Origin: an uncultured virus (IMG/VR IMGVR_UViG_3300027736_000023)
Taxonomy: Duplodnaviria > Heunggongvirae > Uroviricota > Caudoviricetes
Reading direction: 5' to 3' (one strand)
Length of the DNA stretch: 20,000 bases
Virus record (IMG/VR): IMGVR_UViG_3300027736_000023
The translations under genes were made by a program, and so were the position numbers. Below are positions 1-12,100 of this stretch, piece by piece. The notes beneath the pieces were generated by a model. It did no database searches, was not told where the DNA came from, and saw only the letters and a program-made list of their open reading frames with translations. Every line of letters begins with the position of its first letter. The stretch's first letter is position 1.

Positions 1-2
1 CT

Positions 3-209
3 CTTCCAACCACAGTGACCGGTGCAATTACTGCACTAACTGCTACATCACCATATCTACAATACGTTCGGCTTTATAATAGGAATGTTCAAGCCGCGGC
101 TATACCTAAACCTAGAGCAACAAGTGTAAGTTTTACAAAAACTGAACACTCAACTAATTTTTCATATTACACAGTTACAAATAGTAATAATATTGCTATT
201 ATAAACTAA
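3..209 (+). CDS. 3' end of an upstream gene (partial, open from the window edge); Thr/Ser/Ala-rich hypothetical, probably structural
   Basis: The frame of ORF 15..209 stays open back to position 3 (CTT CCA ACC ACA GTG...), so the GTG at 15 is probably internal. It ends at TAA 207-209, 20 nt before the next ATG. Confidence 0.7.
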   Translation, partial: LPTTVTGAITALTATSPYLQYVRLYNRNVQAAAIPKPRATSVSFTKTEHSTNFSYYTVTNSNNIAIIN

Positions 210-229
210 TAAAACTAATCTAACTATAA

Positions 230-2446
230 ATGGCAGTTGCTCCACTAATAAAACCAATTCAGACACAAAAAGGAATGTTTTATACATTTCAAAGTTCGCT
301 TGAGGATTTAACCTTAACTTTTAATAATACTAATAAGTTTAAATTTTCTAAATTTGCACTTTTACGTATTCCTGAAATTGGAATACCTACCACATTGGCT
401 ACTGATAATAATGTTCAGTTTTTAGCTCTTGGCGAGTCTCCATTATTAGAAGGATTAAGTGCAAATCAAAATATAAATTTAGCCCTTAGTTTTCAAAATT
501 ATGCTCTTAACTTTGAGAGTTTATTAATTTCACAAGCTGCATATAAAAGAGAAGAGAAGTTAAACGTATCGGAAAGAGTTTTTTTTAAATGGTTAAAGGA
601 GTTAGGCGCAATTAGATGGAGAGACGCTGCTGTTGGCGAAGCAATTTCAGGGTTGCGTTCAGGGTTGTCAGCTAGCGAAGCCCGGTGGGCTGAGGATTGG
701 GGAGATGCTGGTAGCACAACCTATAACCGAGTAGTTAAATATATTGCAGATATTGATGTAATTAATTCAGTTCGTAATAAAGATAATTCATATAGTGAAA
801 TTTATATTCATGTACCAACAACAGTAGGTACTACTCCAACTATTTTATTTAATTCAATCGCGGATCATAACTATCATCCGGATATGCTTATTATGAATTC
901 TCCCGGTGATCCATTAGATGTAGAATATTTAAATGGCCGACACTATAACGATACTCATCCATATTCTGGAATGCATTTACGCGCATATTATGATCTAGAT
1001 TCAGATTTAGTTAATCATGGAATATCTGACGTAGTTAATACCAATATTGCGTGGAATACCGAAATTCCTGACTGGTTAGATTCTGCTAATAATTATATTT
1101 TAAATACTAACCCTACTGGAATAGGTTATTGGTGGGGATCAAACCAATTATTAAATGGTTATCATACAGATAAGGCTGCATATTATGGTGCCAAAATAGG
1201 AAAAGGAACATACAATGGGGTATCCGCATCATCACAATTTAAAACTCAAAAAATTTATAAGGAATATCCCTCTACTAACCTAGATGTTGAATATTTAAGA
1301 TCAACCCTAGATGGAGTAGTTATTGATTTTAAATTATCAAATTATCAAGTAGCCGCGGCTAATCCAGATATTAAAAGTTTTGCTCAATTAGCAGACTCAG
1401 TTTCAAATGCAGATTTTGAATTTAATGCAATTCTTGTTTATTATGATGTATACGATCCTATTGATCCATCAATTAGTGAAACTAACTTATATGGTGTCTA
1501 TTTTTTAAACAAGATAGAACAAACTGGTATTAATTTTATTATTCCAACAATAACTAAAGAAAAGCCAAATGTAATTAACCGAACTAACGGTAATGCTTTT
1601 GCCTATAAAATAAATCTTAAATTTGATACATCAATTGAAGATGTTGCAGTTGAAAGATCGATAAATGACTTTACCACATTTGGATTAGATATGTTTCTTG
1701 ATGTATTAACTGAATTTAGTAAATTAAAAACTAAATTTAATGATAAATTAGTAGAACTTTCTAATTTAAAAATTGATTTAGAAGCAGCTACTGCTGCTAT
1801 ATTAAATACAAATGGATTAACTGAATTAAGCACTAGACTAAGCAGATTAGAACAAACAGTGTCTGCCTCAACCTCTGCTTTTGAAAACTCATCATCAATT
1901 ACTAATTTAATTACAAGTCTAAATCTTAGATTAAATAATTTTATTACTGGCAAAAGCTCTTTATCTACCAGTTATGATCTAGAACCATTTAAACCAGGTC
2001 AAGGTATTGAATTGGATAAAACAGTTCCACAGCGATTAACAATTTCGTCAACTGTACAAGCCTATTCAAAAATAGTTGACATTAATTTAGCATCAAGCAC
2101 TTCAAATATATTTACTGAATCATTAGGTACCTCAAATACCTATATAAAACATAGTAGTGGATTAGTATTTAGCCTATCTTCAGATTTTGAGATTAGAATA
2201 AATAATTCACTAAATTTTTGGAAAAATGGTCAAGTTTTAAAAATTGTATTTGATTCTCAAATAATACCAACTAACTATAATATTAAAATAAAAACAGATG
2301 TTAAGAGTAATTACGGTGTAACCATTGCTACATTAACCGCATCTGATTTTCCAATATCATATGGTAGAACTGGAAGACCTATTGTTGAGATTACGTGTAT
2401 TAATTCACAAAACTTAACATTTCAAGTTGATAAAATAATAAGATAA
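230..2446 (+). CDS. Large-phage hypothetical protein, putative virion structural (baseplate/tail-associated), 738 aa
   Basis: Long ORF with ATG and TAA, tightly packed with its neighbours. The N-terminal ~490 aa look globular and beta-rich. A heptad coiled coil (approx 1697-1939) is followed by a 'PGQGIELD' fibre-type motif and a beta-rich C-terminal domain. The structural role is inferred from context. Confidence 0.6.
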   Translation: MAVAPLIKPIQTQKGMFYTFQSSLEDLTLTFNNTNKFKFSKFALLRIPEIGIPTTLATDNNVQFLALGESPLLEGLSANQNINLALSFQNYALNFESLLISQAAYKREEKLNVSERVFFKWLKELGAIRWRDAAVGEAISGLRSGLSASEARWAEDWGDAGSTTYNRVVKYIADIDVINSVRNKDNSYSEIYIHVPTTVGTTPTILFNSIADHNYHPDMLIMNSPGDPLDVEYLNGRHYNDTHPYSGMHLRAYYDLDSDLVNHGISDVVNTNIAWNTEIPDWLDSANNYILNTNPTGIGYWWGSNQLLNGYHTDKAAYYGAKIGKGTYNGVSASSQFKTQKIYKEYPSTNLDVEYLRSTLDGVVIDFKLSNYQVAAANPDIKSFAQLADSVSNADFEFNAILVYYDVYDPIDPSISETNLYGVYFLNKIEQTGINFIIPTITKEKPNVINRTNGNAFAYKINLKFDTSIEDVAVERSINDFTTFGLDMFLDVLTEFSKLKTKFNDKLVELSNLKIDLEAATAAILNTNGLTELSTRLSRLEQTVSASTSAFENSSSITNLITSLNLRLNNFITGKSSLSTSYDLEPFKPGQGIELDKTVPQRLTISSTVQAYSKIVDINLASSTSNIFTESLGTSNTYIKHSSGLVFSLSSDFEIRINNSLNFWKNGQVLKIVFDSQIIPTNYNIKIKTDVKSNYGVTIATLTASDFPISYGRTGRPIVEITCINSQNLTFQVDKIIR

Positions 2447-2451
2447 TTTAA

Positions 2452-5400
2452 ATGGCTGATAACACAACCCTATCCGACTTTTTAGCTGAACTCGGAGTTG
2501 ATATTAATAATATGCAAGAGTTTTTAATTAAACTCAATGAAATGTTAACAACACCGAATCCTACTGTAACATTTACTCAAACATTAGCAAACGGAACAAC
2601 CAGTGCACCTATTCAGGTTGCATCCCATGCAGGCTTAATAAGAAAAGTAAATGATATTGATAGTAAATTTAATTCTCTACTAGGTGCAAATGGTAATAGA
2701 ATCACAGTTACCTCTAATGGAGTAACTAAAAGTTTTGAACTACAAGACATAGCCTCTGTTATAAAAGATTTAAATGCAGTTTCATCAAAGTCTCTTGTAA
2801 AGCCAGAATATTTTAATGTAAAAACAAATTGGTTTTTTGAATCATTTTTAAGTCCATTAATTTATATTGACTTAGATGTTAGTAATATTATAACATCTGA
2901 TGTTGATAAATTTGAAATAACTCGAGTTATTATACTAAATACATTAGATAATTTTGCTTATTTTGATACTGTATATAAAGGTCAAACTAATATACTATAT
3001 ACTACTGCACTTGCTGATTTAACAGCCAATTCAATTGGATACACAATTGATGTAAACGAACAAAGTCTACCGCCAGCTCGTAGTAGAAACTCTGGGAATT
3101 TTCAAATTATTGGAATAAACACAGCTCGTGTTTCTACAACTGACATCATTGCATCTTCTATTATTACAACAAATAGTTATACATTAGATACTATTCGATA
3201 TTCTAAATATATAGATGGCTTAGATAACCCTATGCAAGAAACCTTAGCTATTAATGATATATTAATAACTAGCGATAATTCGGAATATAAAATTAACTCA
3301 ATAAATCCTACCACAAATTCAGTAATATTAACTAAAATATATGGCAATCAGGCAATTACAACTGAAGGTGTTGGCTCAACTCTTTCAATAAAACCTGATC
3401 TTTTAATTAGTAATAACCTTCAAGTAAATGTTGGATTTAATGAACGTCAAATAATTTTCTTTAGACCAATTAGTACAAGATTAAAACAAACAACTTCACA
3501 ATATTCTCAAGGAATTGGCCTATACACAAATGAATTAACAATAGCCCAAGCCACTGGACCCAATATTACCTTATCTAAATATTACCAAAGCTTTATATCA
3601 GATTTTAGTTTATTATTTACTGAATATTCAAAAGAAAAGAAAATACCAGCATCAATTGGAGTTACACCAATTGCACCAACACTAGTTAATACTAACTTTG
3701 TGGTGGTTCAAGATAATGATCATATTAAACAGGATGATGACGTTAATAGTGTAAAAGCAAGTATTTCATCACTAGAGACAGTTAAAACACAAATTAGAGA
3801 AAAGGATTCTCAAATTAATAGCTTACGAAATGAAATAAATACAAATTCTCAATTAACGGCTGCGGCTAAAGCCCAAAAAACTTTAGAATTAACAACACTA
3901 ACTGCGCAAAGAGCTACGTTAAGTACTCAATATTCAAGTACAATTTCAACAATTACTACTGCAATTTCAACCGTACCGACTCTAATTAAACCTCCAGCTT
4001 ATTCAGTTAAAGGAATGTGGTCAATTCCAGCAGCCACCGAATCGCCTGATGGATATGGTTTTCAAGAAATTGTTCAATTTAAAGTTAGATATAAAATATT
4101 GAATCGGTCAGGTCAATCTGCTGCTACTACTCCAACCCGTGTGGCCAGTACAACTGGATCAAATGCAATTGGAGTAATTTCTGCATATAAAGAATTTCTA
4201 ACTAAAGCTAGGTCTAAAGAGTATAATCCAGTTACTGGTTTTTATCAATGGGCCGTTGAAGATATCGTAAATCCAGATATTGTAAATAGTAATCAATTAG
4301 AAATACCAATAGGCAAAGGCGAAATAATTGAAATACAGATAAAAAGTTTATCTGAAGCAGGTTGGCCGGATTCTCCAATTGAATCAGCCTGGTCTAATAT
4401 TATTCAAATTTCATTTCCAGAAAATCTTACAGTTATTGAAGATGCCAGCGTAGTTTCGCAAAGAATATTTGCAGAGGAAGCTAAAATTAATTTTAAAACG
4501 GAATTAGGCGCGCAAGGATTAGACCTACACTTAGGTACTGCATTTAGTAGTGCAGATAAGTATTATGCGCATAGAGCAGAAGACATTGCTAGCGGGTTCT
4601 TTTCAACAGGCGGAGGAATTATAAATCTTTTTTCAAAATTACAAACAATATCCAATACACTTGAGTCTATTCAAGCAACGTTAGCTAGCGGAACTGGCAC
4701 ATTGAAGGTAAGTATAATAGACGGAGCCAATAATCAAATTACTGTAACTAATGGTCAAACTATTGAACTTAATGCAGGTAATTATAAAGATCAAATTCAA
4801 AATGGTGGTATCTATGAACACGGCAAAGTAATCACAAGACAGTATACCATTCAATTAGAAAATACTTCACAAACCGCACTTCAATTGATATCAGCATTGA
4901 CTGGCGCACTTGGTCAAATTGCAACACTATCAAACCCAATAAATTCACCATCTGAACCATACCATACCTCATTAAGATATGATCTTGCTCCTCTTGTAAT
5001 TAATTCAGCGGTAATTGGAACAATTGGAGGTTTTACAAACACCAATGGCTATCAGTCTTCTCAAGTAAAAGGCCAAATAATTTATAATAGAGCACAATCA
5101 GTAGATCTAAGTAATAATTTAATAGAAGGTGATAGACTTGCAATAACTGCCCAAGATCCAAATAATATTTCGTATAATACTACTGATACTGGGTACATTA
5201 ACTATGACTATCGAGGAAACACAATAAATGGAACAACTGTTCCATATGCACTAGGCCACTATCTTCCATTTGATCCAACCTTATCTAGCTTCACTATTCA
5301 AAAAAATACCACAAGCTATCAATTATCAACAAATTCAAATGTTTGGAATGGAACACTAGACGTGAGTGGAGCGCCAGTCGGTGGAGGACTATTATCGGAA

Positions 5401-6087
5401 TTTTGTATATCAACCGATCACCCAGACATTAAATTAAATGGAGCATTCAATAACAATTGGAACCAAATTTATAGACCTACTAGCCTGTCAACTGTAACAA
5501 GTCAAAAAACTTTACCGTTTAGCCATGCAGTTCATTTTGAAACAAGCGAAAATGAAATATTGAATGCATTAGGCGCAAGATATTTTCAACAATCTGCATA
5601 TAGATTACCAGTAGCACCTTCTATTTCTGGACAAACTCGAACGTTTAAAGAAATTAACTGCCCTATAAAAACTTCATTTATTGATAATGACAAATATTTA
5701 ATAGGCAAATATACCTGCGGTGCATATCTATTCATTTCACCAGGTTCATATCAAGCAATTGGATCAAATGCAGTTAGCCCAACTATAACAAAGAGGACTG
5801 TTGAATTTGGCTCAGCTAATTCTATTCAAATACCATTAAAATTTCAATATCGAGTTTCTGACTATTTAGCAAATGTTGGTGGAAATAGACCAGAAATAAG
5901 CTTAACAAATATTAAATATTCTAAAAAGTTAGGATTAGATATTTATTTAAAAGATGAAACCTTTTCTTTTGACATTTTAGCAACAGTAAAGTATCAAAGT
6001 GAAACTGCATCAGTTACTCCACTTTCTCAAATTGCACAATCTGGCGCAATTAGTCAAAGTGATTTAGTCGCAGTAGTTGGAGGATAA
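2452..6087 (+). CDS. Putative virion structural protein with coiled coil and fibronectin-III/Ig-like segment, 1211 aa
   Basis: Long ORF starting 5 nt after the previous stop. It has a coiled coil (approx 3733-3969) and an FN3-like pattern 'VKGMWSIP...IVQFKVRY...EIQIKSLSEAG...ESAWSNII'. The composition is Thr/Ser/Ile/Asn-rich and beta-like. Confidence 0.6.
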   Translation: MADNTTLSDFLAELGVDINNMQEFLIKLNEMLTTPNPTVTFTQTLANGTTSAPIQVASHAGLIRKVNDIDSKFNSLLGANGNRITVTSNGVTKSFELQDIASVIKDLNAVSSKSLVKPEYFNVKTNWFFESFLSPLIYIDLDVSNIITSDVDKFEITRVIILNTLDNFAYFDTVYKGQTNILYTTALADLTANSIGYTIDVNEQSLPPARSRNSGNFQIIGINTARVSTTDIIASSIITTNSYTLDTIRYSKYIDGLDNPMQETLAINDILITSDNSEYKINSINPTTNSVILTKIYGNQAITTEGVGSTLSIKPDLLISNNLQVNVGFNERQIIFFRPISTRLKQTTSQYSQGIGLYTNELTIAQATGPNITLSKYYQSFISDFSLLFTEYSKEKKIPASIGVTPIAPTLVNTNFVVVQDNDHIKQDDDVNSVKASISSLETVKTQIREKDSQINSLRNEINTNSQLTAAAKAQKTLELTTLTAQRATLSTQYSSTISTITTAISTVPTLIKPPAYSVKGMWSIPAATESPDGYGFQEIVQFKVRYKILNRSGQSAATTPTRVASTTGSNAIGVISAYKEFLTKARSKEYNPVTGFYQWAVEDIVNPDIVNSNQLEIPIGKGEIIEIQIKSLSEAGWPDSPIESAWSNIIQISFPENLTVIEDASVVSQRIFAEEAKINFKTELGAQGLDLHLGTAFSSADKYYAHRAEDIASGFFSTGGGIINLFSKLQTISNTLESIQATLASGTGTLKVSIIDGANNQITVTNGQTIELNAGNYKDQIQNGGIYEHGKVITRQYTIQLENTSQTALQLISALTGALGQIATLSNPINSPSEPYHTSLRYDLAPLVINSAVIGTIGGFTNTNGYQSSQVKGQIIYNRAQSVDLSNNLIEGDRLAITAQDPNNISYNTTDTGYINYDYRGNTINGTTVPYALGHYLPFDPTLSSFTIQKNTTSYQLSTNSNVWNGTLDVSGAPVGGGLLSEFCISTDHPDIKLNGAFNNNWNQIYRPTSLSTVTSQKTLPFSHAVHFETSENEILNALGARYFQQSAYRLPVAPSISGQTRTFKEINCPIKTSFIDNDKYLIGKYTCGAYLFISPGSYQAIGSNAVSPTITKRTVEFGSANSIQIPLKFQYRVSDYLANVGGNRPEISLTNIKYSKKLGLDIYLKDETFSFDILATVKYQSETASVTPLSQIAQSGAISQSDLVAVVGG

Positions 6088-6103
6088 AATAATTAATTAA
6101 AGA

Positions 6104-9100
6104 TTGTCTACGAATATTTCATATACTAAATTAGCGGACCGTAATGTAAGCTTTGGATTAATTAGAACTAACCCTAAATTAACTTCAAACGTTAAACTTA
6201 CCGTTGACTCAGCTGGTGATCTTTGGTTAAATTCAATCGATGCAACTAATGAATTGGCTAATCGAAAATACAAAAAGTTTAGAGTAAATCCAAACTCAAA
6301 TCACCCAGTTAATATATATAAGTTTTATGATTATGGAAATACTCCATCAAATATTTCATTTGCACTAGGGTCAACAATTAACACTGATTCGGTTGCAAGC
6401 AATTTAAAAGATCAATATGATTTTGATTTATATTCTAGTGGTGCAAAGTATTTAACCTCAAGATTATATGATGAAAAATTTAGTTATTTTGCACCATTAT
6501 ATTTAGATAAAGTTTTACCTGAATATTTTGTTATTTTTAAAATACCTGGAGCATCAAACTATACAGTAGGCGAATGGAAATCTAAACTTGCAGATCCTAA
6601 TTTCAGTAAATCAGATTTTGCACTTGATCTTTTTAAAAATGCAAAAGCGGTTGAGACTATTTTAATAGATGAAACTACTAATATTGGAAAATATATTAGA
6701 AGAATTCAACTTGATAAACAGTATAACAAAAACCCATTATATATTAATTTTAAAAACGATGCAAATTCAACATATCGAGGTCTTTCAATTACGTCTGGTA
6801 CATATACTGAAATACCGCTTTTGTTAAATTTAAATAGATCAATTCCTCAATTAAGACTTGAAAAAAATATAATTAGTGGTTTTGAAAATAATAATTTAAT
6901 TTATCCAAGAATATTAAATTTAGAATTTTTATTTAACGATTTAATATCTCCAGAATATGAAATTAATAGATATTTTGGAATATACTGTAATTCAATTGAT
7001 CTTGAAGAATTTGATATTGATATTCCAGCAATGTATAATGCAACTGAGGATAATTTAAATTCGCTAATGACTATCTACAAACAGTCTGATACAATTTCAT
7101 ATAATTTAACTAATCAGAATGGAGTTGTACTTAGAGGAACTAATGTAGAGTCTGATTTAAGTTATTTAAACTCAGCCCTATCAAATAAAGACCTATTATA
7201 TTTTCCATATTTAAAAACAAAAGACCGAGAATTACACTTATTAAATATAAAAGCTCCAAATTATTCAATACCTACCTTTAGCCAAACGGGTCAAACCGTA
7301 ATATTTTCAGTAGATGATACCTCATTTGATATAGGCAAAACGTTTGGCGCAGGGGACTTATTTTCTCAAGAACCGGCAGTTAAGTATTCATTAGATACAC
7401 GAGCAGCAGTTTCAATAACAATTAATAGCATACCAGCCCACTTAGATGTATTAAGAATATATCATCCAGCTGGTTCAATATTTAATAATAGTGAATCACA
7501 TAGTAAATACGATGATATTGTATTTGTAAATAACTATTTTACAAGTGTAGATACTAAATATTCTTTAGAGTATCCAACCATCTCAATTGTTAATTTTAAT
7601 ACATCTGATCCAAATAGTGGATCACCAACATTTAGCCCAAATACATCAGAATTAATTGGTACTCAGTATAAATCAAGTATAAATGGATCTAAATGGATAT
7701 GGAATGGAAATTCATATATACCAGGAGTATTAGGTTCTAGAATATATGTAAATATTAATAATGCTGAAATTAATTCAGTAGGGTTTACGGATTTAACGCA
7801 ATTAGCCCAAACCATTGCAACAATTGTAAACAACTTTACTAATACAACTCTATTAGGTTCAAGTATTACAAACAGTGTTTTTATACAAGTCTCTGAGCCA
7901 GGTCATAGTTATCCAGACTTAGCAATTAAATATATATCACCAACCTCACGCATCTATATAAATGGAAAAAATACTGCAGATATTGTATATGCGGATGGAG
8001 GATTTGCAAAGATGAACCAGCCAGTAATATCATTTGCTAATATTGAAAATATAAAAGCTGAATTACCTAATATAATTGTTAAAACCGCAACTGACTGGTC
8101 TAAAATTAATAGAATATGTAATTCTACGTCCATACTTAATTCTAAATTAACTGAGTCAACTCTTTCTAATTATTTAAATACCGCAACGTTAATACTAGAA
8201 GATAACGAAGAAGTTCAAATCACCTATAATTCAATTGAACTTAGAAAAATTGTAAAACCTAAGTTAGGTATTTTATCAATGTTTGAAATTAAGGATTTTA
8301 ATTTTGAATATCATTCAACTCAATATTCTAAAATACCAGAAATTGATTTATATCAATATTATTATATACCTAAAGATATTGCTATTTTAGATTTTACTAA
8401 ATATGTATATAGAGCAATTGGTTCAGGTATAATTTTAGTAAACGAAACTCAATATACTATATCCGTAGGTTCAACACAATATATTTCACAAAGCCTATTG
8501 GGTTTACATAAATATTCTGTACTTTCTGGAAATGTAATATTAATTCAAACCAATTTAATTCCTCAAAACCAGGCAGCTCAACGTCTTGATATTGCAATAC
8601 TAGATCAGGATCAAAACTTTCAAAATTTTACTGGATTTTTTGGATTTGGAGCAGACCATAGTGCGCCGGACCCAAATTCAACAACCTATCAATATAAAGA
8701 AAAATTTAAAACTAACAATTTAATTAGTGAATATGCTGCATACTTAGAGAATTATTCAACTGAATTTGCAAATGATAGTAAAATTATTCCGTATATTTCA
8801 AAATGGGGAATCATTGACTCAACCGATGCTAGAGGCAATCCGTACCGATTAAATTCTGATATTTTATTTGGAAAAGATAATTTTGGACCATCACATAGAG
8901 AAAAGTCACCAAATGCTGAAAAGCTAACACATGAATGGTTTTATATTGAATCTGATTTTAACTATTCAAGTAATATTGACCTACTTAAAGAAAATTATTA
9001 CTATTTTAATTCTCCATTAGATATTAATTTATTAATTAGTGAGGCTTCTTATTTTGAAAAATATTTTACATACGTTCCAACTCTTGATAATATTGAATTA

Positions 9101-12100
9101 GATTTTCCACAGTTTAGATATTCTAAATTAATGAATAATTCATTTAGCCGTCAATATAATACACTATTTAATGGAATACAATTTAAATTTTCAGAATTAG
9201 ATAAGGAAGGTTTAGTTTTACCTGGAACTACCCGATTTGAAGACTATAATTTTAGTATTTTATTAAAACCTGTACCTGAGGATTTAATAAATCCACAATC
9301 TCCAATTAAATATAGGGTTATTGAAAATATTAATGCAAAGTCAATATTAATATTGATTGAAGTTGCGCTTGGTGATATTTCAAAAATTAGTAACGAATTA
9401 TTGTCTATTCCAACTGACTCTGACTTTGCTAGGGATAATCGAGTTGACCAAAGTAATATATTAACGGGTAATGGTCTCATCACTGAGGATCAAATTAGTA
9501 GTTTTCAAATTGACACAATCGTTGATGTAACTTCACCAGATCCAGTTAAAAAATTATATACCAATAATTACTATTTAGATTTAATAGAGGCATTTACTGG
9601 GGCAACGGTTACTGATGCAATAACTGGAGAGTCGATCGTTAATGATAGAGTTAATGGAGTATATGTACCAAAGGCTGGCGAAACCGCGTTAGTTAAATAT
9701 ACAGACACACATAGCATTATTCTTGCATTTTCTGAAAGTAAATTATTTAATGAAATAGAGTCAGGTAATATTACAAACGGCTCAGTCAATAATAAAAATC
9801 TTGATCAAAAATTTGACACAAGTAAAATATTGCCAGCATACATATCTACTGCAATTAGTCCAGGTATATATGGACCATCTAATTTACCGTTACCTGAACC
9901 AAAGTCTGTAATTTATTTAGTTAAAGTGGTTGACTATCGATCAATTGGATTTCCTCCAACCTTAACTGGATTAAGCAAATTAAACCTAAATATAGTTAAG
10001 CCGGCTCTATTATCAATATTTGGAGATTATAGAATTTCATTTAATTCAAATGGTGTCTCTAATTTAACCTATGCCTTTTTATATGCAGCCACCGATAAAA
10101 AATATAATACAACAGCCTCTGCCTTTTCAACGGTTAAGCTTGCAGTTGGGGTTGATTTAAGCCCAGGTTCAATGAAGTTAACTGAGAATGGCTATTTTAT
10201 ACCTGGTGCAAATCTTAAAAATCTTCCCAAAAACTATTTTAAATTAGAGGAATTTATTAATCCAAGTAGTGCAAGTCATTCAACTCTAACTACTCCAACT
10301 AATGGAGATATTGCACCGCTACCTGCGTTTTCTCCATTAATGTTTATTAACTCAATTGGTGAAATTTCAATATTATTAAAAACCAGCGCAGAATTTAATA
10401 ATAATTTAACAAATACCTCATTAGATATTAGTCGATCTGGGGCAACTACCCATGCACTTAAAACTGTAAATAACAATTTATTAATAATCGATTCACCTAC
10501 TGTTATTTATGATATACTAAGTGAAGTTATTCCATCTATTACCTCTGGTACTACAACTACTACCACGCTAGCCGGTGGTGTAACTACTACTACCACTACC
10601 GTTATTAGTCAATTAAATTTAGCGATTAACTATGTTGGACAAAGCGTAATAACTAAATCATTTACTCTTCCGTCTAAATTTAAAATTGGAGATATTGTTA
10701 AAATATATGCTATTGCTCAACCAACGGTTCATTATTTAATTGGTGCGGTTACTTCGGTAACTGAGACTGTATCCAATACTGGAAATTTTTATAAACTTAC
10801 CGTATCCGTGCGTAGCCAAACCACTGCAAACACATCACATGTTCCAGATTGGGGTATTACCTGTACACAAAATATTATTGTATTAAAGCCTGCGGTAGTT
10901 ACCAATGCTTCTACTGGAGTTAACCAGATTACATTAAATAAATCAAATTTTCCAAGTGGATCATCCCCTGAGTGGTTATTAAATACTCAACAATTTCAAC
11001 TATTTGGTGGTAAAAATTACTTCTTAAATTTATTTAAGAATCTATCCTTTGCTAATTTTAGTGAATTATTATTAAATAATTCCGATTTAATTTCCTTTGA
11101 ATCATATATGGATGGAAAACTTTTACCTGGTAAACAAATACAAATATCAATTGAGCAAGCTGATCAAGTTAATAAAACTACAATTATTTCAACTGGTCCA
11201 GAGTTTGTTCAAACTGCAAGTCAACAATTAATGGGCGGAGTAATTCATAAAGAATCGGTTTCTATTCCATACGAGATTTTTAGATATTCTGGAGAATATG
11301 ATATTGTGTATAAACCGGTTTCTGGTTTTAAATTTAATTCTAAATTAGGCTCAACTGATTTATCTGCAGCCAATGTATTTTTTAATACTGAGATTAAAAA
11401 TTTCTTTACTATACCTGAATTTTATTTAGTTAAATATGCTGAATCTAAAATTTTAGATTTTGAAGATTCTGACACTTATTTACCAGTATATCCATTAATT
11501 AATGAGTCACCTATTGATAAAACAAGTTATAATACCCTATCTAGTAGTTGGGATTTTAATTATCATAGGTTATATACTACTAAAACTGACTATACTCTAA
11601 TACCTGGAAGTAGAAGAATTACCGAAGACTATTCGTTTGTTTCAAAGCTTATTAATTTACCAATGAGCCTTACGGCTGAGTCATTTAATGCAGTTCAAGT
11701 AACTACTACTAATTTTGAAATAACTGATGCTCAGTTTAAACAATTAACGGTAAATGGACAAGCCGTTGATATTATATATGCAACATTCCAAAATGAAATT
11801 AGACTTAAAATAAACTTAGAGCTTATAATTTCAAAGGCCCTAATTACAAATGGATTAAGGTTCCAGTTTAATAAATTTTTTAGAAAGGATGGAAATAGCA
11901 TATTAACTACTGATCCTCTAGTCTTTGGAACTTTAACCCAAGAACAATATCTTTTAAATTATTGTAAAGATAATTTATCTAAATTATATACTCTAGACCT
12001 TGCTGAATTTTATATAAAAGGAATCAATTCTCCAATTATAAATGATACCTTTGTTAATACTAAGTTTATTAATTTTTCTCAGGTGTCATATGATAATTTA

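Noticed and set aside
499..717. - strand ORF, 72 aa
   Set aside because: Antisense shadow fully inside the 738-aa gene, with no recognisable motif or promoter.
1603..1953. - strand ORF, 116 aa
   Set aside because: Antisense to the coiled-coil region of the 738-aa gene; explained by codon bias.
2198..8514. Other internal ATAAATA matches (approx 2198, 3835, 8508)
   Set aside because: They lie inside coding regions far from starts, and a 7-mer of A/T is expected by chance in approx 70% AT DNA.
9244..10476. Three short - strand ORFs (79, 72 and 66 aa)
   Set aside because: Antisense shadows within the 2047-aa gene, with no independent support.
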